Origin: a bacterium
GTDB taxonomy: Bacteria > Patescibacteriota > Minisyncoccia > Phycocordibacterales > UBA9973
DNA length: 64,000 nucleotides
Direction: 5' to 3'
NCBI GenBank assembly: GCA_037127795.1
Contig: JBAXXQ010000001.1
Coordinates: forward strand, 515,687-579,686
Part shown: positions 40,304 to 49,069 of the stretch, piece after piece
Layout of the letters: each line of letters opens with the position of its first letter
How positions within the stretch are numbered: the stretch's first letter is position 1
Translations under genes and position numbers: made by a program
Notes under the pieces: generated by a model
Seen by the model: only the letters and a program-made list of their open reading frames with translations
Database searches by the model: none
Told to the model about the DNA's origin: nothing

Positions 40304-42109
40304 TTATTGATTCTTTGGGCGACGAGCGCGAGCGCGATCTGTCTCTGTGAGGTATTGCTTGCGAAGACGAACACTTTTTGGAGTTACTTCTAGGAATTCA
40401 TCATCTACCATAACTTCAAGTCCGCGCTCGATAGTCATAGTCCATGCTGGTACCAAAGTCACCGCTTCATCTGTTCCAGATGCACGCATGTTGGTAAGTT
40501 GTTTTCCTTTTGTTGGGTTCACTTTCATTTCTTCACCCTTTGAAGTATTTCCAATAACCATACCTTCATACACTTCTGTTTGTGGACCGATATAAAGGAC
40601 ACCACGATCTTGCAATCCCCAGAGTGCAAATGCAAGTGCTTTACCACTTTCCATAGACACCATAGATCCCACATTACGACGAGTGATTTCACCTGCGTAT
40701 TTTTGGAATCCTAATACACGAGCAGACATGATACCTTCCCCTTTTGTATCAACCAAAAATTGGTTTCTGTATCCGAGAAGTCCACGAGTAGGTCCTGTGA
40801 AGAGCATACGTACTGTAGTCGCATGAAGCTTCATATCAGACATAATAAATCCGCGCATACCAAGCTTTTCGATAATTACCCCTTGGAATTCTGCAGGTGC
40901 ATCGATAGTCACTTCTTCAAATGGCTCACTCTTTACCCCATCAATTTCTTTGATAATAACTTGTGGTTGTGATACTTGGATTTCATATCCTTCACGACGC
41001 ATTGTTTCGAGAAGCACTGCAATGTGCATTTCTCCACGACCGAATACTGTAAAACCTTCTGCAATACGATTTTCATTTGGAGAAAAATCAACTTTCAATC
41101 CAACGTTTACTTCAAGCTCTTTTTCGAGACGTTCACGAATTTGGCGACTTGTTACGAATTTTCCTTCCTTACCAGCGAATGGTGAGTTGTTAACCAAGAA
41201 ATCAAGCACGATTGTTGGCTCGTCGATAGAGATAGCAGGCAAAAGCTCAGCTTCTTTGTTTGTAGTAATAGTCTCTCCAATAAAGATGTCTGGAATACCA
41301 GCAATCATAACAATATCTCCAGCACTTGCTTCTGTTACTTCATTGCGTTCGATACCATGGAATGCAAACAATTTTACAATCTTACCACTACGATCTTCGC
41401 GACCAGCAGCTTTGATAAATACTGTCTCTCCTACTTTTGCAATACCTTCGTACACACGTCCTACCGCGAGACGGCCAAGGAAGTTGTCATATGCGAGGTT
41501 GAACGCTTGCATACGAAATAGTTTTGAAGTGTCGTTTGCGGCAACAGGAACTTTTTCCAAAATTGTTTCAAACAAAGGAGTAAGGTCAACACGAGGATCG
41601 TTTTCATTTTTCATTGCAACACCATCACGGCCTACAGCATACACAGTAGTGAAATCAAGCTGTTCATCTGTAGCACCAAGCTCAAGGAAGAGCTCAAATA
41701 CGCCATCATGTGTTTCTGCGCAGTTTGCACCTGGCTTATCGATCTTGTTGATAACAACAATAGGTTTGAGACCGAGCTCAAGAGATTTTTTCAATACGAA
41801 ACGAGTTTGTGGCATAGGACCTTCTTGCGCGTCTACAATAAGAAGCACTGAGTCGATAGAACGCAATACACGCTCTACTTCACTACCGAAGTCGGCGTGA
41901 CCTGGTGTGTCCACAATGTTGATTTTTGTACCCTTGTAATTAACCGCAGTATTCTTTGCATAAATAGTAATACCACGTTCTTGTTCAATTGCATTTGAGT
42001 CCATTGAAGCACCGTTGAGTACTTCACCACAAAATGCAAGCATTTTATCTGTTAATGTTGTTTTTCCATGGTCCACATGGGCAATAATTGCAATGTTTCG
42101 TATTTCCAT
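40304..42109 (-). CDS. typA: translational GTPase TypA/BipA
   Basis: RNIAIIAHVDHGKTTL, DTPGHADF, NKID, EVTPKSVRLRK. Confidence 0.97.
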   Translation of the reverse strand: MEIRNIAIIAHVDHGKTTLTDKMLAFCGEVLNGASMDSNAIEQERGITIYAKNTAVNYKGTKINIVDTPGHADFGSEVERVLRSIDSVLLIVDAQEGPMPQTRFVLKKSLELGLKPIVVINKIDKPGANCAETHDGVFELFLELGATDEQLDFTTVYAVGRDGVAMKNENDPRVDLTPLFETILEKVPVAANDTSKLFRMQAFNLAYDNFLGRLAVGRVYEGIAKVGETVFIKAAGREDRSGKIVKLFAFHGIERNEVTEASAGDIVMIAGIPDIFIGETITTNKEAELLPAISIDEPTIVLDFLVNNSPFAGKEGKFVTSRQIRERLEKELEVNVGLKVDFSPNENRIAEGFTVFGRGEMHIAVLLETMRREGYEIQVSQPQVIIKEIDGVKSEPFEEVTIDAPAEFQGVIIEKLGMRGFIMSDMKLHATTVRMLFTGPTRGLLGYRNQFLVDTKGEGIMSARVLGFQKYAGEITRRNVGSMVSMESGKALAFALWGLQDRGVLYIGPQTEVYEGMVIGNTSKGEEMKVNPTKGKQLTNMRASGTDEAVTLVPAWTMTIERGLEVMVDDEFLEVTPKSVRLRKQYLTETDRARARRPKNQ

Positions 42110-42216
42110 AAGTGCACAATTATATCACAAGAATCCAGGAAAATCAAATATGATATACTATTTGACATACGGCCTAGCTGTATAAAAAATTATTAGTTCA
42201 TTTAGTTTATTATAGT

Positions 42217-42828
42217 ATGAAATCATTCAAGACACTTTCGGGTATTACCCTTTTATCAATTGCCCTGCCAGTTTTTGCTTTTGCACAAGATGCAACAGTA
42301 ACACAAACACCTAGTACAACAACATATAATGCAAGTTGTGCTTCTAGTGCGGTAATTGCACAAGAAAATAGTATCCAAGCATTACAAGATACTTTTGCAG
42401 CAAGTATGAAGACTGCTGCTATGGCTCGCCGCGACGCACTCGCTGCAGCATATCTCAATACAGATGCAACAGCTCGTGCTACTGCAATACAGGCAGCACA
42501 AGATACATTCCGTACCGCAGAACAAGCAGCTCGCAAGACACAAGGCGATGCAATGAAGACCTTGCAAGATAGTTTCAAAAAAACTATGGACGGCTGTGGT
42601 GCACAACTTCAAAAACCAGAAATGATGGAAGGAGGAGATGGGAAAGATAATCAAGATCACCAACAAATAACTAAAAATAATACCCCTAAAAAAACTCCCA
42701 TACAAAAAGAAAAGAAAGGAGGAAAGAATGATAAAAAAGATAAGAAGGCTCCTAAAAAAATGATGCAGCCAAATCAAGATATTCAAAATACTCGCCCAGT
42801 AGACAACACTACAACTCCTCAACAATAA
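42217..42828 (+). CDS. secreted helical hypothetical protein
   Basis: Signal peptide ending AFA-QDA, Ala-rich coiled region with 2 Cys; terminator 42841-42870. Confidence 0.8.
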   Translation: MKSFKTLSGITLLSIALPVFAFAQDATVTQTPSTTTYNASCASSAVIAQENSIQALQDTFAASMKTAAMARRDALAAAYLNTDATARATAIQAAQDTFRTAEQAARKTQGDAMKTLQDSFKKTMDGCGAQLQKPEMMEGGDGKDNQDHQQITKNNTPKKTPIQKEKKGGKNDKKDKKAPKKMMQPNQDIQNTRPVDNTTTPQQ

Positions 42829-42878
42829 TTTTTTATCTCTAAAAACACCTCGTGCAAAACGAGGTGTTTTTCTTTGTA

Positions 42879-43199
42879 TTAAAATTGCATCAATGCAACA
42901 GCAACGACACCTAATGCAATACCAATCCTCGCAATAGTACTCACCTGCTCTTTGAATATCAGCAACCCAACAAGACTCACTACAATAAGATTGACTACAG
43001 TAAATATAGAAATTGCTTTTGATAAGAACTCATATTTGAGCGATATTGCCCACAAAATAGTACTAATAGTATAAATACCAAATCCTATCCAGAGCATATA
43101 TGGATGATGTTTCAAATAAGAAAACCGAAACAATACATCAGCACAAGATTCAAACAATACTGCGACCAACACTGCCAATAAAAAAATTTGTTTATTCAT
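42879..43199 (-). CDS. SMR/EamA-like 4-TM small membrane protein
   Basis: 106 aa, 4 TM, Glu in TM1, GLLIFKEQV motif. Confidence 0.8.
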   Translation of the reverse strand: MNKQIFLLAVLVAVLFESCADVLFRFSYLKHHPYMLWIGFGIYTISTILWAISLKYEFLSKAISIFTVVNLIVVSLVGLLIFKEQVSTIARIGIALGVVAVALMQF

Positions 43200-43204
43200 T
43201 AGAA

Positions 43205-44029
43205 TTATTTTAACACAACCTTATATACTTTTTCACAAGGACCTTGTGTACAGCGTCTACGAGTAAATGTTTTTATATCTTGTAGTGATATATCGTTTGC
43301 CTTGAATGCTTCTAATTGTGATGGATACAAAGATATACTATGGATCTTGTCGACGAGTTCTTTTTTATTCAAAAAAATGTTTTTTTCTTGTAGTAAAAAA
43401 CCTTTCATTGCTGAAGTGAATACTTCTATAAGAGGTGTTTTATTTGTTTTGAAATACGTATACGAATACGGCATGTCCTCAAACATATACCATGATGCAT
43501 TAGGAAATTCTTTTTTTTGTATCATATCGAGTGCGATGTTGTGTATCAGCACATGATCTGGATGAGAAATCGCATCTCCAAAATATGCAGGAAAATAAAT
43601 ATGTACATCACCTTCCATACCTTCTTCAGTAATAATTTTCTCTATATCTTTTTCTATAGATTGTTGCAATCCTGTCGTATCAGGATCGGTACGATATTGC
43701 ATATCAAGATAATCAAGACTCACATAACTTGCTTTGAGATATTCTAGTGCAGCATCATTTTCTTGTATTCGTGCTGCGACAGCACTATCACTTGAAGAAA
43801 AACCAGACTCTGTATCCCAAGTAGTTTTTTGATCCACGGCAGGCTTACCAGAAAATACTGTTATAACAATTTTGTTGTGAGTACTTTTTGCAAGCATACC
43901 CCCTACTGGAAGCGCCGCATCATCAAAATGTGGAGACAACACTATATCAGTCGTCGGTATAGTCCGTGCATATGCACGAGAATGTAGAGAAAGAACTACT
44001 ATAAAAATGTACAATATCTTTTTTACCAT
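43205..44029 (-). CDS. PIG-L family deacetylase with signal peptide
   Basis: SPHFDDA and HPDH metal motifs, RxxE, YPSQ. Confidence 0.88.
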   Translation of the reverse strand: MVKKILYIFIVVLSLHSRAYARTIPTTDIVLSPHFDDAALPVGGMLAKSTHNKIVITVFSGKPAVDQKTTWDTESGFSSSDSAVAARIQENDAALEYLKASYVSLDYLDMQYRTDPDTTGLQQSIEKDIEKIITEEGMEGDVHIYFPAYFGDAISHPDHVLIHNIALDMIQKKEFPNASWYMFEDMPYSYTYFKTNKTPLIEVFTSAMKGFLLQEKNIFLNKKELVDKIHSISLYPSQLEAFKANDISLQDIKTFTRRRCTQGPCEKVYKVVLK

Positions 44030-44035
44030 ATAAGG

Positions 44036-44107
<72 letters not shown>

Positions 44108-44162
44108 ACTTTTTGTGCACATAAAACGTAACACAAAAAGAACTTTTTTTCAATCTACTGTA

Positions 44163-44516
44163 TTACCTAAATAATACAAACATTTGCACGATAAACGATA
44201 CAGTGATCAAACTAGTCGTACCTATACTCCATACTTTTTCTGAAACAGAAATATTGAGATACTTTTTCAAATAATATGGAATAAATAAATTGTCATTATA
44301 ATTTCCAATATTATATTTTTTTCGTAATCTCCATTCGTACTCAGTGAGGATACATGTTCCCCTATTGAGCAACCCAAATAAAAATGTAAGTATCACCGTC
44401 GTCTGATACATCCACAACAAATGCGTAGGAAGTAACCATCCCAAAAGGATCATCAATACTACGAAGATATGAAATGCTAACACGAGGTCTGCAATGTTTT
44501 TATATACTCGTCCCAT
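44163..44516 (-). CDS. DUF2784-like membrane protein
   Basis: ADLVLAFH...CILTEYEWRLR pattern, 3 TM. Confidence 0.7.
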   Translation of the reverse strand: MGRVYKNIADLVLAFHIFVVLMILLGWLLPTHLLWMYQTTVILTFLFGLLNRGTCILTEYEWRLRKKYNIGNYNDNLFIPYYLKKYLNISVSEKVWSIGTTSLITVSFIVQMFVLFR

Positions 44517-44539
44517 ACGAATACATAGAGTATAGCAAA

Positions 44540-45928
44540 TTAAATAAATGTAAGTGCTGTACCAGACTTTGTTCCACGTCCTGTACGGCCGATACGGTGT
44601 ACGTATGTGTCGTATGTAGAAGGGATATCGTAATTGATAACGTGTGAGATATCTGGGATATCAATACCACGAGCTGCAACATCTGTCGCAATCACAATAT
44701 GTGCATCACCTGTAGCGAGAGCACGCACTGCACGCTCACGTTCTCGGTTTCGCATATCGCCATGGAGCGCAAGCGCTTTGAATCCACGATTTTGGAGCTC
44801 ATCTGCGAGATCATCAACACTACGTTTTGTTTCTCGGAAAATAAGTACCTTGTTTGCATGTGGTTGTATCAAGATATCATGGAGTTGATCAATCTTTTTT
44901 GCACGATCAATAACACGCACTACGTTTTGATCTACAGAGCTTGCTGTATCACGAGACGGGATAGTGATAGTAACTGGATCTTTCAAGAAGTCTACACAGA
45001 GACGTTTGATCTCTGGAGAAAATGTCGCAGAGAAGAAAAGACTTTGGCGACTATCAGGCATTTGTCCCAAGATGTAGCGCATATCTTCGATAAATCCCAT
45101 ATCCAACATACGGTCTGCTTCATCGAGTACGATACTGTGGAATTCACGCATAACGATCTTGTTTCTGTCGATCAAATCTTTTACACGTCCTGGTGTACCA
45201 ATTACTACATGTACTCCACGAGAAAGCTCACTCATTTGTTTTCCAATTGGTGCTCCTCCTACACAAGACACACTAAAAAGTCTCATACCTTTTGCAAAGA
45301 TTCTAAACTCAGTTTCGATTTGTTGTGCGAGCTCACGAGTTGGCGCGAGTACCATAACTTTTTGCTCACGATTTTTCATAAGCTTGTTTATAAGTGGGAT
45401 CAAAAATGCAGCAGTCTTTCCGGTACCTGTACTTGCAATACCAACCACATCAACACCAGTATTTACTACAGGGATTGCTTGATCTTGAATTGGTGAAGGA
45501 GTAGTGAATCCTTTTGCTTCGAGATTTGCGAGCATGATACCACTAGTAGTGAAATCAGCGAACGTATGTGTCGATACATATGTTTCTTCTTCTTTTGGAA
45601 TTGCTTTATTGATAAATTTATTTACATCGATAAAATCTTTTCGTGCATTATTTTTGCGACGTGGTGCGCCAAAGCGAGACCCTCCACCAAAAGATGAGCG
45701 GCCACCGCCAAAACTAGAACCACCAGCAGATCCATATGATCTACGAGGCGCATATCCTGCACTACTATTTGATCGTCCATAGCCACTTCCTGAAGAAGCT
45801 GTATCTGACACACGTGAAAATCTACCAGAACTAGCCGGGCGAGATGATGACGAATTTGTTGTTGTTGAGAAACGACGAGGGCGCGCGCTTGAAGCACTGC
45901 CCGATCCATTTCGGGTATTTGTATACAT
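44540..45928 (-). CDS. DEAD-box RNA helicase with Ser/Gly/Arg-rich N-terminus
   Basis: TGTGKT, PTRELA, DEAD, SAT, ARGIDI, HRIGRTGR. Confidence 0.96.
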   Translation of the reverse strand: MYTNTRNGSGSASSARPRRFSTTTNSSSSRPASSGRFSRVSDTASSGSGYGRSNSSAGYAPRRSYGSAGGSSFGGGRSSFGGGSRFGAPRRKNNARKDFIDVNKFINKAIPKEEETYVSTHTFADFTTSGIMLANLEAKGFTTPSPIQDQAIPVVNTGVDVVGIASTGTGKTAAFLIPLINKLMKNREQKVMVLAPTRELAQQIETEFRIFAKGMRLFSVSCVGGAPIGKQMSELSRGVHVVIGTPGRVKDLIDRNKIVMREFHSIVLDEADRMLDMGFIEDMRYILGQMPDSRQSLFFSATFSPEIKRLCVDFLKDPVTITIPSRDTASSVDQNVVRVIDRAKKIDQLHDILIQPHANKVLIFRETKRSVDDLADELQNRGFKALALHGDMRNRERERAVRALATGDAHIVIATDVAARGIDIPDISHVINYDIPSTYDTYVHRIGRTGRGTKSGTALTFI

Positions 45929-46054
45929 GGTGTTTGTGTATCTCTATCGATCACACAAGTACGTTTGCACTACCATGATACTAAGAGAAATTATTTAATT
46001 AATTTTCGAACGTTTTGAGTATAGCATATTCGACTATACTTGTCAATAAAAGCC

Positions 46055-46690
46055 TTAATTTACATTGCGAGGATCAAAGCGTGGTGGTGCCCAGTGTTTG
46101 AGTGATTTTAACTCACCACCAAAGATTCCAGCATCAATAGTAGCAGTAAGTACTGCGCGCATACATTGATAATCCGCATTGAAATCATGTGTTCCCGCAA
46201 GCCATTCTACAGACTCCCCTTCGCGCTCTCCTGCAGCATCAAGCTCTTCAAAAATTTCTTGTGGAGAAAACCATTTTACTGATTCTATTTCTGATGTTTG
46301 TAATACGAGGTCTTCAATATTGCCTGTGTACACAGTAATGAAGTCACGTACCCAAATACGAGATACTTCTTTTTTACTCGTACGCCATGCAATAAGCTGA
46401 AATGCATTTACTTTGAGACCAAGCTCTTCTTCAAGCTCTTTGAGTGCACCGATTTTGAAAGATTCTCCTTCTACAACATGTCCACCAAAGTGTGTTGACC
46501 ATGCACCAGGAAAACGCTCTTTGTTTTTTGAACGTTCATGACAAAGAATTTCTCCTTTTTCATTAAGTATAAAAATATTTGTAGTACGACACCACAAACG
46601 ATCTCGGATAAGCACACTCCGTGGTACGAGCTCACCTGTTGGTTCTCCTGTGTCTTTGTCTACTACTTGCAATAATTCATCATGTGCCAT
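46055..46690 (-). CDS. NUDIX hydrolase (YfcD/IDI-like)
   Basis: Nudix box GHVVEGESFKIGALKELEEELGL. Confidence 0.85.
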   Translation of the reverse strand: MAHDELLQVVDKDTGEPTGELVPRSVLIRDRLWCRTTNIFILNEKGEILCHERSKNKERFPGAWSTHFGGHVVEGESFKIGALKELEEELGLKVNAFQLIAWRTSKKEVSRIWVRDFITVYTGNIEDLVLQTSEIESVKWFSPQEIFEELDAAGEREGESVEWLAGTHDFNADYQCMRAVLTATIDAGIFGGELKSLKHWAPPRFDPRNVN

Positions 46691-46800
46691 AAATATGTTT
46701 TTTTGTTTTTAATTAAGAAATAAATTGATAGGGGTATTACTATACCAAAAAAAAATAAGAAAAACCACCCTTATATAAAGAGTGGTTTTTTATTTAATAC

Positions 46801-47817
46801 TTAAAGATTTGATTCAAGCTCAATGAGTTTCTTTACACCGTTATACAGCTCAAGATATATATCTCTTTCAGTAATACCAAGTCTTCGCTTATTTGAAATA
46901 TCATATATCCCATCAGCAGACTCTGAGTGCTCCCCATGAACACCACGAATAGAAAGACCTAGACCCTTACAAATACTTTCAAAATTTTCCTGCATAGAAA
47001 GTTTTGGAATTTTAATATGAACAGAGGCTCTCATTGCTGTACCCAGATTTGTTGGACATGTTGTATGGTATCCACGAATATCATCAAATGCAAAAGAAAT
47101 CTTTGTATTGATGGTATCAAGCGCTGTCGCAAGTCTAATAAAAACTTCTGCAATATTTGCACCTTGTTGCATACTTATAATACGCATACTATCTTCTTCA
47201 GAAATCCATACTAAAAACTTTTTGTCTGCAGAAAAAAATATTCCACGAGAATCAGGCCAGTCACGATTAACACCAACGCTTTCCAAAAATCTATCTCCTT
47301 GTTTAAATAAAAAATGATCTTGAATCATTTGATTTCGTTGATCATCAGACATTGTTGCAAGTCCAAAATACTGTCCAGCAAGTCCATCAGGAAGAGTATC
47401 TAAGACAGATACTATTTCTTTTTCAAGATTTTTACGATCTTCAGTACTTATAGCTGTCGGAAATGCATATTTTGCAAAATTACGACCTACTCTAATACGA
47501 GTAGAGACTACGAACTTACCTTCAGGATCTAAATTCTCTATAGGAAGCCCTTCAAGAGAAAAATCGCTCTTATGTCCACCCATATCGTATTTGTGATACT
47601 CTCTAATCACAGGATCAAAAAGCATACCAAGCATACTATATGATTCAGGATCACCTGCATATACACCAATACTTGAATCAATATTATCAACACCAGACTG
47701 GATAGCTTTTTCAAAAGTCCAACCATGCGGAGTGATTACATTTTTCAAAGATTCTTTTACGTCTGCCGTAGCAAACCTTGTCATTAACATGTTTTCATTT
47801 CTTTTTCTTTCAATCAT
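46801..47817 (-). CDS. phosphagen kinase, arginine kinase type (ATP:guanido phosphotransferase with N-terminal domain)
   Basis: IQSGVDNIDSSIGVYAGD, FDPVIREYH, STRIRVGRN, HFLFKQGDRFL, EED, TCPTNLGTAMRASVH, RGVHGEHSE, DISNKRRLG. Confidence 0.93.
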   Translation of the reverse strand: MIERKRNENMLMTRFATADVKESLKNVITPHGWTFEKAIQSGVDNIDSSIGVYAGDPESYSMLGMLFDPVIREYHKYDMGGHKSDFSLEGLPIENLDPEGKFVVSTRIRVGRNFAKYAFPTAISTEDRKNLEKEIVSVLDTLPDGLAGQYFGLATMSDDQRNQMIQDHFLFKQGDRFLESVGVNRDWPDSRGIFFSADKKFLVWISEEDSMRIISMQQGANIAEVFIRLATALDTINTKISFAFDDIRGYHTTCPTNLGTAMRASVHIKIPKLSMQENFESICKGLGLSIRGVHGEHSESADGIYDISNKRRLGITERDIYLELYNGVKKLIELESNL

Positions 47818-47966
47818 AACGAACTTTTTTAATTTAAACCCATCATAAATCTTAATAAGATTTTGTCAATAATTTATACTATTCGAATAATGTTTTCATT
47901 GTACTGTATTTATAATATACCTACAATAAAAAACACTCCTGCTTTCACAAAAGTGTTTTTTATATT

Positions 47967-48043
47967 TGGCGCAAACGGCGGGGCTCGAACCCGTAACCTC
48001 CCGCGTGACAGGCGGGTGCTCTAACCAGTTGAGCTACGTCTGC
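47967..48043 (-). tRNA. tRNA-Asp(GUC)
   Basis: CCCGC-CT-GTC-AC-GCGGG anticodon arm; CCA encoded. Confidence 0.95.
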
Positions 48044-48085
48044 AATATTATTTTATACAGATACGATATCATAGTATCTGTATTG

Positions 48086-48159
48086 TGTCGACGGGTGGGC
48101 ACGATCCACCGACCTTAGCGTTATGAGTGCTACGCTCTAACCAGCTGAGCTACGCCGAC
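48086..48159 (-). tRNA. tRNA with CAU anticodon (probably elongator Met; Ile2 not excluded)
   Basis: GTCGGCG/CGTCGAC acceptor, CT-CAT-AA loop, atypical T-loop ATCGTGC. Confidence 0.85.
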
Positions 48160-48354
48160 ATCGTTCGAGCAATTCCGAGCACGCTCGCAATTGTCTCACT
48201 CGTCGACGGAAGCTCTGCTTACATCAACAAGTGAGGAGTAAACACAAATATATTTGCGATTTATCCGAACGCCGTTGATGGAAGTTTTACTTACAAGCCG
48301 ACAAGACTTCTTTTCAACCGGCAACTAGTTTTTAGACATGTCACCTGTCGAATG
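48160..48354. other. structured intergenic element between tRNA genes
   Basis: Hairpin GAGCAATTCCGAGC-AC-GCTCGCAATTGTCTC (48167-48197) and a long irregular stem 48217-48285. Confidence 0.5.
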
Positions 48355-48425
48355 TTGCGGGGACAGGAATCGAACCTGTGTCTTAAGGTTATGAGCCTTA
48401 CGAGATACCACTTCTCTACCCCGCG
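48355..48425 (-). tRNA. initiator tRNA-fMet(CAU)
   Basis: C1:A72 mismatch (CGCGGGG...CCCCGCAA), CAT anticodon, stem TAAGG/CCTTA. Confidence 0.92.
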
Positions 48426-48462
48426 ATATCAGTACTTTTGCAGTATACAAAAAGAGGCCGTA

Positions 48463-49062
48463 TTAGTCAATCAGACCAAGATCTCTAAATACTATTTCGT
48501 AATATGACAATGCGCGACGAGCTTCTGGCTGTGTCAGTACATACCCCGCGCCTTCATGCGCAATAAGATTTCGTATTTTGTGCCCTTCCCATGCGAGCTG
48601 TATAGATGGCAATTGTGTCTCTTTTATTTTTTTCAATTTATCTCCCAATGTATCTCCATAAAATCCTTGTAAGTCGAGAGACTTATCAAGATAAATATCC
48701 GCCTCAATAATAGCAATACGCCACTCGCTAGTATTATCAGAAAGTATACGAGATCGTATATGTTCCCATGTTTCGTTTTTTACCGGAGCTCCATCAAAAC
48801 CTGCCGTTGTAGCAACAGCTTCTTCTGCAGCAACTTTTTTTGTACCAGCAGGGTGTTGCAATTCATACAATAATACAAGCAAGTACAAAATACCTGTAAT
48901 AAGCGCAATCACGAGAAGTGATGCAATTATTTTTAAGAGATAAAAAAAGTTTTCAGAAAAAAGATAATTAAAAAATCCAGCAGTCGCGCGATAAAACAAA
49001 AAGAATATATATTCTAGATTTACGAAGATTGGTTGTTGCGGAATACTTGCTGTTGCTCCCAT
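48463..49062 (-). CDS. membrane-anchored hypothetical protein with HEPN/DUF4145-like RxxxxH motif
   Basis: TM followed by WRIAIIEAD...GDTLGDKLK...HKIRNLIAHE. Confidence 0.7.
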   Translation of the reverse strand: MGATASIPQQPIFVNLEYIFFLFYRATAGFFNYLFSENFFYLLKIIASLLVIALITGILYLLVLLYELQHPAGTKKVAAEEAVATTAGFDGAPVKNETWEHIRSRILSDNTSEWRIAIIEADIYLDKSLDLQGFYGDTLGDKLKKIKETQLPSIQLAWEGHKIRNLIAHEGAGYVLTQPEARRALSYYEIVFRDLGLID

Positions 49063-49069
49063 ATATACA

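Noticed and set aside
22547-42828. Two secreted proteins both starting ...FA-QDA-Thr-rich as a paralog pair
   Set aside because: The similarity is limited to the signal peptide and low-complexity linker, too weak to call homology by eye.
46801-47817. McsB protein-arginine kinase
   Set aside because: The N-terminal phosphagen-specificity domain is present and there is no ctsR/mcsA/clpC context.
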